Below are positions 33,012 to 48,325 of a stretch of DNA of 64,000 nucleotides, one piece after another; within the stretch, counting starts at the first letter, position 1; every line of letters starts with the position of its first letter. The stretch is from assembly GCF_009914755.1 (NCBI RefSeq), contig NC_060931.1; one strand, written 5' to 3'. The stretch comes from the human T2T-CHM13v2.0 reference genome, Homo sapiens. Below the pieces are notes generated by a model, which had not been told where the DNA came from, made no database searches, and worked only from the letters and a program-made list of their open reading frames with translations. A program made the translations under genes and the position numbers.

Positions 33012-35823
33012 CCCCAGTGTAGCCAGGTTTGCAATTTTTGAAGAAAACTGATTTTTTTATATAAAATCTCTTGGGTTTTAAAATACTATGTAGGCCAAAA
33101 AAAAAAAATTAATGAACTAAATCATGCTTATCAGTTGCCAATTTATAATCTCTGACAGTAAACTGATAATACTTCTTGGAAATCTTATTAGAAATCAATT
33201 TTGCTATTTTATAGTCAAACTGCAGATGTCTAATCAATGGTTTCACTGGTATTTTTTGGAATCAACAATTTTTTTATTTTTATTTTTTTACACATGAAAA
33301 TGTATTGCTATCAACAGTGTTTTAATGTATGTTTAATATTGGTATAAGGTAAAAATTAGCAGTTCAGAAATTATTCTTTGATTAATTAGAACAGCCAGTA
33401 TACTTGGAATGTCTAAAACTGACTAAACCTGGCTTGCCGTCTAGGGGGGTTGTTTTTCCTGGATGCATTATTTGTGTTAGTGAAAGATGGAAAATGTCAG
33501 TCTAATTTATTGAAATTATAAAATTGTTGTATAGCAAAACCCTAAGTAAGCTGTTTTGTGTGTATTCCCTTGGATGATATTTTTAAAATTATGTTTTACA
33601 ATTCTTCTTACTTTTGAGTATTTCTGAAGCACTTTTTACGATGTTACCCTGAAGTCATACAGACAAGGCTGTGAGGAGGTTAGTGCTATTTTGTAAACTT
33701 GACTCAAGATACAGGACTTTGCTGTACAAGGGAGTGTAATGAGGGCTGAGCTGAGACTGGGTCTCAGGCCTGTTGAATCAGGGTCCAAATTCCTTTTCGC
33801 CAGACTGCTGAGGATGTAAAAAAGATTAAAAAATTCTGCCCTCTTCAGAACTGTCTAGCCCTCCAATTGTGGTTAAAGGGTGAATGGAAGATATGGCTAA
33901 GATAACGATCATTGTTGGATGAATATAAGAATTGACACAACAAAGCAGAGTGCCTCCTTAAGGGTTTTATCATATTACAGTCTTCTCACATATAAAACAT
34001 AGTTGTGGGTATGTTAGAATGCAGATCATATGCAAATGTGCTGAATTAGGGACATATGAGTATATGGATATATGATATAGTATGTCATCAAAGGCTGATT
34101 GTGTTAGTGTACCTTTGAGGTCTCTTCGGGGTGATGCTGAAAAGCCCAAACATGTCTATAGCTTGCAGCTTAGATCTTAAAAGCCATCCAGTTTGTGCCA
34201 TGTGGTCTGTTGATGAGGAGTTCTGACTGTAATGTAAGTTAGTGAATTTCTGAAATCAGTTTCCTTGATTTTATTCTCTGGTGAGATGCATTAGTAAACA
34301 GAGGAACAATTATCCAGGTGTTTGTGTGTGCAGTGGGATATTCTCAGTGTTCCTGTTCCTATGAAGTGATGGCCATAAAATGGCAGTTATATTTAACAAA
34401 AGCATTTTGTATGAGTTTGGGGAAGAGGCAAGGAGGTGTGAAAATAACACAGTTGTCATGCAAACTCATGTTTGAAGTAAGTCTTCTAGGCCTGTTTTCA
34501 ATCAGACTGTATCCCTCAACTCCTCATGTCACTGGGTATTATTATTATAATCTCAGCATATCGTCCCTCTAAGTCACTGGGTTTTATAGTGTTTAGTGTG
34601 TGTCTTTTACACTAGACTGTTTTTCCATGAGGACAGAAAATTCATCTCTTTTCACCATTCTGTCTCAGCACCTAGCACGGTGCCTGAATGAAGTAATAAG
34701 TATTTGCTGAATGAAAACAATGTGCATACCAGATTTTTAAAACTTTCAAATAAAACAGCATTAATATAGGAGAATATAAAATGTGTTTTCTCTCACTTGC
34801 TATTCTTCAGATTGTTTTTTAAATCACTGAGTTTGTTTAATTAATATAGCAATCCTTGGCATTATGTACCTGTATTCTTTACATGAATTTTTGCTTGAAG
34901 CGTAAACACGTAACAAGTATTTTACCTGCTGGATCATTTGGTCACTGAAATCATGCATTTCTTGTCCTATTCCACACCTGGCTTTGCACCTTTCCCTGGA
35001 ACTCCCATGAGATAGATCACTTTAAGAAGAGTCATCAGTAAAGAACTTCATCATGTACTGTGTAGTCTAGTGAGTCTCCCCTGTTATTTTGGGAACCATT
35101 CCACAGAAGCTCAAGAGAGCAGTGCAGTGTGACATGGCCAGAGAAGGACTGTGCCAGCTGTGCAGTGGATCATACAAGTAATCGTCAGATTCACCATTAC
35201 ATTCTGGGATTTTGGTTGATCAGAATGATCAGATGTAGGGAGAGTGTCTAAGTTCATTTATTTTGATTTCATGCTGGGACTTGGTTCATGAGCTTGTGAT
35301 ATGTGGGGTAGCTCTGTAACTTAATAGTTCTAAGAAAATGCCTGAAATTCCACTAAGAGAGCTTCATTCCTTTAGTTGTAGAGAAAGCTTTTGAATCTTT
35401 ATTAATTTTTTATTAAAGTCTGTGTAGCCCTGGAAAGGGTAACATCATGAATAACCTTTACTTGATTCCATTTTTGGTGATGTGGCTGTGCATTTCCACT
35501 GTTGTTCTATTTCTTTCCTCTTTCAGTGCCAAACTTCATATGTTATTAGTATTTGAGGTTTCTGCTTCCTACCCACTAATTATTTTCTTAATGCTTTGCA
35601 TTAGACTGTACACTCCCATCCTGCTACTGATAATGCCTTTGATATACATTCAACACTCTTCCTTCTAACACTCTCCTCCTTTGGCCTTTAGACATCACAC
35701 CACCTGTTATTCTTCCCACCTGTTTTTTTTGTCCCCTCCTTGGTTGACTCCAGTGGTCTGCCCTTGTCCTCTGCTTTCCCTCCAATTATCCAGTCTAGTC
35801 ATCCACTTCAGTGGCTTTACCCT

Positions 35824-36290
35824 TGTGTTAGTTTTCTGTTGCTGCATAACAGATTATCAGAAATGCAATATGAAAGGTGCCTTCCAACAACACAAACTAT
35901 GATTTTATAGTTTCTGTATGTCTGTTGTCTGGTAATGGCTTAGATGGAGTCTCTGCTCAGGTCTTAAAAGGCTGCCATTCAGGTATCTGCTGGACTGAAT
36001 TTCTCAGCAGGACCTCAGAGGTCTTTTCCAAGCTCATTTAGATTGTTGGCAGAATACAGTTTCTAGAGCTCATGGAGGTTGTGGGTTTCAAGGCCAACAG
36101 GAGCATGACTCTCTGAGCTTCACCTTCCTTTAAAAGTTAGACCAGGCCCACTCAAGATAATCTCTTTTTTGACGAATTCATTATTAACTGATTACAGACA
36201 TAATTATGAGAGTGACGTTGCATTGTACAGGATGTATATGCCAGAGGATGGGACTCTTAGTGGCCATCTTAGAATCCTGCCTACCCCAAG
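35824..36290. mobile_element. MLT1-family LTR inserted in an L2
   Basis: tgtgttagttttctgttgctgcataaca ... gccatcttagaatcctgcctacc. Confidence 0.75.
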
Positions 36291-36453
36291 CCTCAGTGTA
36301 GATAACCACTAAGTATTCATGACTGTGTCTCATCATTATTCAGGGCTCCAGTGGCTGGATGGCAACCACTCATAGGCATCTCCACCTGGACATCCTATCG
36401 ACACCTTTAAATAAATACCCCTTCCCCAAACAAACAATCCCACTCTATTCTAG

Positions 36454-36798
<345 letters not shown>

Positions 36799-36899
36799 TA
36801 AAGTAAATTCACATTTCTTGTAAGTTCTGGGCTAAAAACATTGGAACTCTCTTTGTAACTTCTTGTTTATTCCCTACAGTCTGTTCCCAGGACTTGTGA

Positions 36900-37253
<354 letters not shown>

Positions 37254-37267
37254 TAATACATTATTGA

Positions 37268-37515
37268 ATGGTGTTGGCTCATGCCTGTAATCCTAGCACT
37301 ATGGGAGGCTGACGTGGGTGGATCACTTGAGGTCAGGAGTTTGAGACCAGCCTGGCCAACATGGCAAAACCCCGTCTCTACTAAAAATAAAAAAATTAGC
37401 CAGAAATCGGCTAATTGAACTCGGGAGGTGGAGGTTGCAGTAAGCTGAGATCGTGCCATTGCACTCTAGCTTGGGCAACAGAGTGAGACTCCATCTCAAA
37501 AAAAAAAAAAAAAAA
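37268..37515 (+). mobile_element. Alu with a right-arm deletion
   Basis: aattagccag joins via a short filler to ttgaactcgggagg. Confidence 0.9.
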
Positions 37516-37845
37516 GAATGATGTTGAAGAAACAGTAACAAAAGAGCACCAGGACATAAAGGCAATGGTAATCAGAACTAGAGGAAAATGTGACAAATAG
37601 AGAATTGGAGAGGGTCCTAGAATAACCAGACAAAGGATGTGAAGCCCTTCCCAGAATGAATCACTCCTATGGAAGGAACAGCCCCTTGGGCTCCACGAAA
37701 TAATGAAAGAAATCTGTAGAAGTTAGAAGGAAGTAGCCTTTATTCAACTTGTTTGCTTTTGATATGCCTAGTGCTATCTCATGGAACCCATTGGTCACCC
37801 CATTTACAACAGACTCACCCCACTCCCTATTCCTGGGCCAATTCT

Positions 37846-38167
37846 TTTTTTTTTAATTTAAATTTAAATTTTTTCATATTTAAATTTTTTATTTTTTTAT
37901 TTCACTAGGTTTTGGGGGAACAGGTGTGTTTGGTTATTTGAATAAGTTCTTTAGTAGTGATTTCTGAGATTTTGGTGCACCCATCACCTGAGCAGTGTAC
38001 ACTGTACCAACATGTAATATTTTATCCCTCACCACCCCCCACCCTTTCCTGCAAGTCCCCAAAGTCCAGCATATCATTCTTATGTCTTTGCATCCTCATA
38101 GCTTAACTCCCACATATGAGTGAGAACATTGGATATTTGGTTTTCCATTCCTGAGTTACTTCACTTA

Positions 38168-38207
<40 letters not shown>

Positions 38208-38367
38208 CCAGGTTGCTGTTAATGTCATTATTTCATTCCTTTTTATGGCTGAGTAGTACACCACATAAACAGAATTAAAAACAAAAACCACATGATTGTC
38301 TCAATAGACACAGAAAAAGCATTTGACAAAATCCAGCATCCCTTTATAATTATGATTAAAACCCCAA
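37846..38367 (-). mobile_element. L1PB1-like 3' end with an inverted ORF2 piece (38259-38365)
   Basis: TSD gccaattct at 37837-37845 and 38368-38376; internal (TAA)n. Confidence 0.88.
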
Positions 38368-39099
38368 GCCAATTCTGACTTCAGGGAAGGTTTGCTATTT
38401 CTTTTCTCTACCCATCTGTGGGTCTTTAGCATCATCATGCACTCAATTTTAGCCCCACAGGGTCTTGCTCCCTGAAGATTCCCTCATTGTTCCTTAAGCC
38501 ACCTTTCCTCCTTTCTTCACCCTGAATACGGGGCCTCAGTCCCTGACATTGTTTCCTAACTCAGCCTCTATGTTTATCCATCTGGTATGTGGGGAAGGAA
38601 CAAGTGGGCTTGGGCTTTCTCACTTAAGTGGGCAGATCCACTGAACAAGGCAAATTTCAGCCTGACCTTCTCATTCTGTGGAGATGCTTTTCTACTATTG
38701 TAGCTTTCTGTGGGAATTGTACCTAACTTTCCTCCTTTTCTCTTGAGCATTTCTTCTTTAAATTCTTCAAATTAGAGGAAAGCAGTGTTATTCATTCATT
38801 TTTGAGTTTAACTAATAGTTACTGATTGCCTACAGTGTGTCTTGGGAGTGTTCCTGTTGTGGAGAGAGAGCAGGAAACAAATCAGACAAATCCTTTGCTT
38901 CCTGAAGCTTGCATTCTAGCAGACAGAGATCCAGAAGACAAAATGACCCATCTGAGTGAATGAGGGAAGAGTTGACTGAGAGATGACATTTCAAACCATA
39001 ATCCCTCCTCTTCTACTTTTTTTCTCATTGTCTCCATCTTGCTTAGAACTCCACATCTTCAATTATTCTTTTCTCTTGTATATGTAGATGAACTCCAGT

Positions 39100-39516
<417 letters not shown>

Positions 39517-40904
39517 TGAGATACCCCTTTGGCTCTCACATTGTTTTCATTCATTCCTTTGCCCCCGTTAATCTGGATTTTGTCCTTGCTGCTTTGTTGA
39601 CACTGCATTTTAAGAATCATCTGTGATCTCCTGGTCATTAAATTTAATAGCTTGTCTCAGTTTTTATTCTCAATACTTTTCCAAACATGTGACTGTGACC
39701 ACAATATTTTCCTACTGGGAAGGCCCTTTCCTTTGTTTTTGCATGACTAAATTCTCTTTATCAAAAAATGTTAGCTCGAATGCCACTTTTTATCCCTTCT
39801 TGATTTTTTAAAAATGTCTCTTGTAGCATTGATCATTTCTATTCTGAATTATAAATAATAAATTAACCTTTCTGAGAGATGAAACTGTTTTATTGATTTT
39901 GGGATCTCCCACTACACTTAACAGATTGCCTTGCATATAATAATTACTTATTAAATATCTGTTAAATGCATGAAGAAAGTAATAAACACAAGTAAGTTTC
40001 ATGTCATTTTTAGAACTTTTCAAAACTAGAATTGTAGAATAATGTAATATTTTATTCTACAAGCAGAAATATTTTGAATATCTGTTATCTAAAATGTAAA
40101 AAAGTATTTGAAGAAGACACTTGAAACTGAAGACTTGCTATCACAGGAATAAATAAGCACACTCTGTCATTAAATGTTGTTTTTCTACATTTCCACTTAC
40201 TCATCACATTTTGTTTAGTTGTTCATAACCACTCTTTGAGTCATGTGATTGACTGGGTCAGTGGTTCATGGTAAGAAATATGTTTGATGTATTATTCTCA
40301 ACATGCTTTTGAAATTCTGTCTCTCTTTGCTGTCTGGTCTTACCTCTGGCATTTGATATCCAGTTTCCTCATATGTCTGATTTTGATTCATATGGATTGG
40401 GAAAATTATTCTCAGTATAATGTGGATCTGTTTTTCTTTTGAGTTCATAAATAAAATAAACATCAGTATGATTTGACTGCTGTTAATGATAATTCAGAGG
40501 AATGTTCCTTTCGTTAAGTTAAAAAATGACTATGAAGAGAATAATTCCATTATGTGTTTTTTCTTTGGTAAGTAAATAAAAGTAGAGATTTTAAAACTAT
40601 TTAACAACTCTACTGGTTTTCAATGTTTACAGGTAAAATATTTATGGGTTGAAGTTTATTTCTAATTACATTGCAGTGAAGCCAAACCATATTTGCAGCA
40701 AAGCAGAAAACTTTGAATAAGTACTGCATTATGTATTATGTAATAATTAAGGTCAAATTTATATGTAGAGGTTCACCTAATTGGAAAGGATGCTCAATCA
40801 CTATTTTTTCTTTACCAAGTAGTAAGTTCCAACTAAACTTTTCCAGGTTCAGGGCCACTCAGAAATTTTGAGAGAAGTCTGATTCTGTATCTAGTGTAGA
40901 ATGC

Positions 40905-41120
40905 CAGAAACCAGGCTAGGTGAGTTCAGACCCTGGCTTGTCCACTTACTAAGCATATAACCTTGGGCAGATTATCAGACTACTCAGTGCTTCAGTTTTC
41001 TCATCTCTAAAATGGGGTCATCATAGTACCTCTCCCATAAAATTATGATGAGGTAATTCATGTAAATGAGATAATTCATGTAAAATGCTTAGAACAGTGT
41101 GCAGTAAGTGTTAGCTTTGA
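40905..41120 (+). mobile_element. MIR
   Basis: cttcagttttctcatctctaaaatgggg core. Confidence 0.8.
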
Positions 41121-41899
41121 TCAGTCGTAAATACTAGAAACTGATAAACGTGGTGCAGATGGGTAGAATACTGATTCTCCTTTTAACATGGCATGGACAA
41201 TATACCTTATGTACTCTGGAGTCTTTTTTCCTCCTCAACCCTAGTTATTCTGAAAAAATCTGTTCACCTTATGGTGTGAGGGAGAAAGTGAAGCAAGTTA
41301 AATTGCAAGGGGAGTTTGACATGTAAAGTAACAGTATTAGGTTAAAAAGAGAGATGCCAGAAACTCAAAATCTCTTTCTGAGGCGAGGTCAAATTTTTCT
41401 TCTTGAAAGTTGTGTTTTCTACGAATGCTAGCCCCTTCATTTCTCTTTTAGCATTTTGTCCCCATAAGATATTTTGTAGTTAGTAAATGAGTGAGGTTGA
41501 GCAGAAGGATGTGAGAATTTATTGATTTAGTTAACAGTGTGTTTTCTAAGTAAGTACAGGGGATAGTAGAGGACTTCTAGTCCATTCCATTGATGTAGGG
41601 GGACTTGCCTGGAATATAAAATGTGAAGCCAAGGATACAACCAAAGATACAAATGTGAAACTACTCACTACTCGGGTGAAAGGGGCAGGGAGCAGAAAGG
41701 CTGAACAGAGAGGAGTTAGTGGCTTAGGGATGGTGTAGAGAGTACAGTGACCTGGGTTTGGGTCAGGATTTTTCCATTCGTCAACTATGAGACCTAGTTG
41801 ACGAATTAAGTATTAACATACTTAATCTCCTTGGTCTTTAGTTTTTTCTTATAAAATGGGAGTTGCAATGTGACTTTATTTGCTTTCATTCATTGCCTG

Positions 41900-43075
41900 T
41901 TCATACACCATAATGACCAGGTGATTTAATTATAGAAATCAACGCCTTCCTATGACACTTAGAATAATATCTCAGATCCTTACCCAGGCCTGCAAGGACC
42001 CATATGATATGGCCCTTTTACACTTTCCTGACCTCATCTTGTACTACTGTCTCTTTTACTTACTAGGTTCCAACTCCAATGGCTCTCTTTCTGTTCTTCA
42101 CTGTATGTAAGCTTTTTAGCATATTAAAGTCTTCTAACTGGTTGATCTCACTGCCTAGAAAGATTTCTTCTAGGCTGGGCACAGTGACTCATGCCTGTAA
42201 TTCTAGCATTTGGGAGGCCCAGGCAGGTGGATCACTTGAGGTCAGGAGTTCGAGACCAGCCTCGCCAACCTGGTGAAACCCTGCCTCTACTAAAAATACA
42301 AAAATTAGCTGGGCATGGTGTTGTGTACCTGTAATCCCAGCTACTGGGGAGGCTGAGTCAGAAGAATTGCTTGAACTTGGTAGGTGGAGGTTGCAATGAG
42401 AGATTGTGCCACTGCACTGCAGCCTGGGCAACAGAGTTAGACTCTGTCTCAAACAAAAGGAAAATTTCTCCTAGATTTTCACAGGCCTTCTCCAGGTCTT
42501 AAGTTAAATATAACATCTTCAAAGAGGCCTCTACTAAGCCCATTAGTTTAAAAGAGCACTCTCTGTGATTCTGTTGCATTTTCTTCATAGCACGAATCAT
42601 TTCTTGATATTTTCCTGTATATGTCTGAATGTACCTTACCCTAGAATGTAAGCTTCATGAGAGTAGGACTATGTCTTTCTCCTTCCCTGCTGTATCCCCA
42701 GTATCTAGAGCAATTCCTGGCACATAGTAAGTGTGATATCAGTGTTTTTTTTTTTGTTTGTTTTTGAGACGGAGTCTCATTCTGTTGCCCAGGCTATAGT
42801 GCAATGGCTCTATCTCGGCTCACTGCAACCTCCGCCTCAAGCGATTCTCCTGCCTCAGCCTTCCGTGTAGCTGGGATTATAGGCACTCACCACCATGCCC
42901 AGCTAATTTTTGTATTTTTAGTAGAGATGGGGTTTCATCATGTTGGTCAGGCTGGTCTTGAATTCCTGACCTCAAGTGATCCACCTGCCTTGGCCTCCAA
43001 AAGTGCTGGAATTACAGACATGAGCCACTGCACCTGGCCTAAATCAGCTTTTAAATAAAAGTATGGAATGAATAA
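41900..43075 (+). mobile_element. L2 3' end interrupted by Alus at 42173-42460 (+) and 42745-43039 (-)
   Basis: ctagaatgtaagcttcatgagagtaggga...cctggcacatagtaag...gaatgaat; both Alus have TSDs. Confidence 0.85.
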
Positions 43076-43144
43076 GGTGCTGACTGACACTGAAATAAAT
43101 ATTTGCTCTTTACCCTAAAACTCCTATTCTATTTATGCTTTCCT

Positions 43145-44140
43145 ATAAGACTGGGAAAGGAAATAGGAAGATGAGCCCATAGCATCTTATATTGTCACAA
43201 AGTAAGGGAGTGCTAAAAACAAAGCCCACACAGCGATGTGTGGTGTGTGAGAGAGAGGGACACAGGTACCAATGGAGAGAGGTCCTAATGGCCAAAACTG
43301 GAATAATTTGATCAACAACAAAAAAGTGGTATTGAATTATAACCAAAAAAGTATTAAAAAAAAAAAAACACATGACCATGCTGATTTAAATAAATGATTG
43401 AATAAATAAATAAATAAAGGGAGACAAATGTGTGCTAAATTCTAAATAATTATGTAGATACTCCACCCTCCAGAAGCAGGACCATAACTTTCTACCCCTT
43501 AAGTATAGGCTTATGTAGTGACATTCTTCCAAAGAGTACTGTATGGAAAGGGGGAGGAAAAAAGAGTAATCTTACAGCAGAGAAAACTGATAAACACTAC
43601 CTCAGCCAGGTGATCAAGATTGATTGTTGACACTGTGTATCTTTGATATGATATGTTGAAATTGGTGCTGTTCTTTTATGGTCTTTCTTTTAAAACCTCA
43701 TAACTCCAGTCTAATTATGAGTAAAACATCACAAAAATCCCAGTCGAGGAAAATTCTACAAAATACCTGATCAGTTTCCTCAAAGCTTTCAGTGCATAAA
43801 AAATAAGGAAAGTATGAGGAACTGTCACAGCGAAAAGGAGCCAGGATGACTAAATACGGAGCCAGGATGACTAAATACAATGTGGTATCCTGGTTGGGAT
43901 CTTGGAATAGAAAAAGGATATGAAGTGAAAAGTCAGGAAATCTGAGTATGTGGGTTTTAGTTAATAATGTGTCAACATTGGCTCTGTAATTGTTAAGAAG
44001 GCACTCCACTAATATAGGATGGTAATAACAGGGATACTGGACGTGGAGTAGATGGGAATTCTCTGTACTATCTTGGTTTTTCTATAAATTGAACAATGTT
44101 CTGAAATACAAAGTTTATTTCAGATAAAATTCAAATAAAA
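43145..44140 (+). mobile_element. Old L1M (L1MC/MD-like) 3' end
   Basis: aaacactacctcagccaggtgatcaag; atgggaattctctgtactatc...aaagtttattt. Confidence 0.8.
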
Positions 44141-44399
44141 TGTTATGAATATTTTTCCACATGATGCTATATTGTTTTGTTGTGTCATTTAAGTGCCTAT
44201 TTATCTTCTATTGTTATATACAGATGTCATAGCTTATTTAAAACCACCCATTCTTGGCATTTAAATTGGCTCTAGTAGTTTATACCTACATCTTTGATCA
44301 TCCCTTTGGTGATAGAGGAAGGACTGTTTTTGCATGGAAACTTTATCTTCTCTTGTTTGATATTATTTCCGATTTCTTCTCTTATCTCTCTTTCCCCTT

Positions 44400-45285
44400 A
44401 GGTTAGGACTTTTAAATACTTTCTATAGGCTGCTGAGTCCTGCCTAATTGATTATATCACAGGCATCTCAAATTCAACACATTCAGAGGTGGGCTCTTAT
44501 TTTCTTTTCGCTTCAATTACTTCTCTCCCTGATTTCCGTTTTTCTGTTAAGGCTGTCATAGTTTACCCAGATATTCAGCAGGACTGTGGGAGTTAAGTTT
44601 GGTTTCTCCTCTCTGTCACCATTCTGTCTGCATCCTCTGCCCATACAACCTTTCACATGCTCTGTCTGTTCTGTTCTTAAAATATATCTTAAACTCATGA
44701 TTTTTCCATGTCTACTGCTACCAACCTTGTCTGAGCTATCTATCATCAAATTATGCCTGGACCTTTACAATATCCCTAACAGTCCCCTTTCTCTCTTGCC
44801 TCTTCTTAGTTCATTCTTTGAATATAATTACAAATGTGGGGGATCCCTATGGGTTTTAAATAGAAGAATGACGATACAATTTGTGATTGTTCTGAAATGA
44901 TCATTCTGCAAGATGTGCAAAGAATGGCTCCTTACCGTTACTACAATGACTGGCATGCTGTGGCCTCTGTCTACCTTTCTCTTTCATTTCGTTTCAGTCT
45001 CTTTCTCACCATGGTTTAGTTATATTTGTCTTCTTTCAGTTTTGTTCTTTCTCTATGCCAACCCCTTTCCTGCCTTTGAGCTTTCGCACATGTTACTCTT
45101 TGTTTTCCAGTTTTATCTTCCATCTTCTTTCCCCATGGCAGGTCCTATAATTCTTTGTTTAGTTATTTTCTTTACTATTCCAAAGAAGGCAAGACTATAT
45201 CTTTTTTATTTCCTTATGTATACTTAGTACCTAGAGTAAAGCCTTACACATTAGCAACACTCAGTAGTTGCTGAATAATTAAACA
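44400..45285 (+). mobile_element. L2 with an internal microinversion
   Basis: aggcatctcaaattcaaca ... tagtacctag...cagtagttgctgaat. Confidence 0.75.
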
Positions 45286-45488
45286 AGTAGTAATTACCAT
45301 TTTCATTCATTTGTTAAAAAATAGTGTTCAGGATCTGTGTTAAGTGCTATGGAAACACACAAAGGGTTTAAAATAAATAAGTCTTACCTTGAAATAGCTC
45401 CTTATTTAAAAGGAGGGATAGAAGAACATATAAATAATATTGTAGCATGGAGGAAGGCAATGTTGTTGGAGTAAAGTTCTGTTATTAA

Positions 45489-45803
<315 letters not shown>

Positions 45804-47077
45804 AAGTTATTTTTATTCTGTGTTCCTTTTTGTATCCATCTGGATATTAAGGAGTTTGACTAGACTCTTGTAAGGCTATGCTTCTCAACTCTGGTGTGCC
45901 ATTAATACTACGCTGGTGAAATTTTTTTTTCCAAGTTTCCATCCCTGAAAAACCTGATTCATTTGGTATGGGGTGGGTTCTATGAATTCCATAGGTGACT
46001 GGGGGGATGCATGGGTAGGTTAAGGAAGTAGTGACCTAGCTCGTTCTAGCTTTGACATCTTACAATTCTAATTGTAGTACAAGGAAGACTGTGAAAGTGC
46101 AGTAGGAATCAGATAAATTAAGTGTTGTATTCATTCGGGGGCAGGAAATATAATCTCTTGCTTGCTGGCTGGGATTGGGGCTTAATGGAAAAGATGATGT
46201 TGAAATAGACTTTGAAGAATAGGTGGAAATGTGGGCAGGTGGGTGATTGCATGGTTGGTGTTCAGTTCACCTTAGCTGTAGGCCAGAAGACATGCAAGGG
46301 AAGTGGGGGAAAATGACCCATTTTGATGCAGTGAACCATGGTTCTAGTCTTGTTTTTTTCATTTTACCTGTCACACTTGGTTGTCCTTTTGGAGATGAAA
46401 GATTGTATTATTGCAGCTTGATCCTCATTCGGTGGAAGTGGAGCATGTGGTGACAGACACCATGCGACTGCTTTGAGAGATAATTGGGCATATTCTTCCT
46501 CAAGCCTTTTGGGGCTTTGCTCTTTGAGATCCATTTTGACCACCCCATTGGTTTTCTGGTTAGAAACAAAGAATATCAGGACCCACTCTGTTATCTAAAA
46601 TAATAGTTTGCTGTCAGAATGATTATTATTAAACCAAAGTTGACTTTTTTGTTTAGATGAAACCATAAAAAGGCAACATTCTGAGTAAATTATATAGCGT
46701 CCACTTGATGAAATAATAAGCCTAAGTTTAGGGAATGAAAGTAATGATCTAATGCAGTATTTAGAATGCATATACAGTATATAGTTATTAACCAAAAAGT
46801 CACATCCTGCATTCTTTTAATTTGTGCAAAATTTGTCATTAATTGCCCAGGAAACCTCTGATTTTTTTCATACATAATCACATCATAGCTATTGACTTTC
46901 TCTCCCTTCTCCTGCCTTAAAATACATCCCTGTAAATAGTAGATTACTTTCAGATTGGTAATACCCCCTTTAAACATTGAGTTGCTAAGTTTAGCCATGT
47001 TGCTCTCTTTCTTAAAAAATAGAATTCTTTTTTCCCCAACTTTGTCTTTGAGTTGTTACTGACAAATCACACTTTGG

Positions 47078-47353
47078 TTTTTTTGTTTGTTTGTTTTTGT
47101 TTTTGTTTTTGTTTTTTTTGAGACTCTGTTGCTGAGGCTGGAGCGCTGTGGCGTGATCACCGCTAACTGCAGCCTTGACCTCCCCAGGCTCAGGTGATCC
47201 CCCCATCTGTTTTTTTTTTTTGTTTTGTATTTTTAGTAGAGACAAGGTTTGCTATGTTGCCCAGGTGGGTCTCGAACTCCTGGGCTCAAGCGATCCACCT
47301 GCCTCAGCCTCCCAAAGTGCTAGGATTACAGGCATGAGCCACTGCGCCTGGCC
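47078..47353 (-). mobile_element. Alu (AluJ-like, with deletions)
   Basis: TSD cacactttg. Confidence 0.92.
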
Positions 47354-47950
47354 CACACTTTGTTTTTTCATGGCAATTGGCTTAAAATTTTATTTAATCC
47401 TTCTGCCCAATGTGAGCCTGCTAATTCTGAAATGCTTTTTGTTTTCATTAACTACCACTGTATGGAGGAGGAAATGTATATAGTATTCTACTTGCAAACA
47501 GTTTGAGAGATGAATTCTGATTCTTCATTCAAACTCATTCTAAATGGGGCAGGTCAGAAACACAGAAGTCAAAAACTGAAAAGAAAGAATAAGATAGTGG
47601 GTAAGGAATGAGGCAGCCAAGCTGATATCCAGCCAGGAATCCAGTTCTTCCCTATCCCTGGCAACTATCTTAGATCAATTTAGGATTTATAAGTTGGCCT
47701 GTGATCATCCAGCCACCTCACCACCTCATGTAGCCCTTGATGATGTTGGTCTATTGACTTTGAAATTAGAGAAGTAGAAATAACAAGCCTTTTGTGATTG
47801 ACTACTTGCACAGAATAACCTTTACTAATTTGAATTCTTGGCCTTCAGTAGCAACAGAGCCCCTTAGAGAGTGACATTCGCCATGATTTATTTGAATGAA
47901 AAAATAAATAAAAAGAATAACAACATAGCTAGATCTGAAAAGAGACCTGA

Positions 47951-48325
<375 letters not shown>

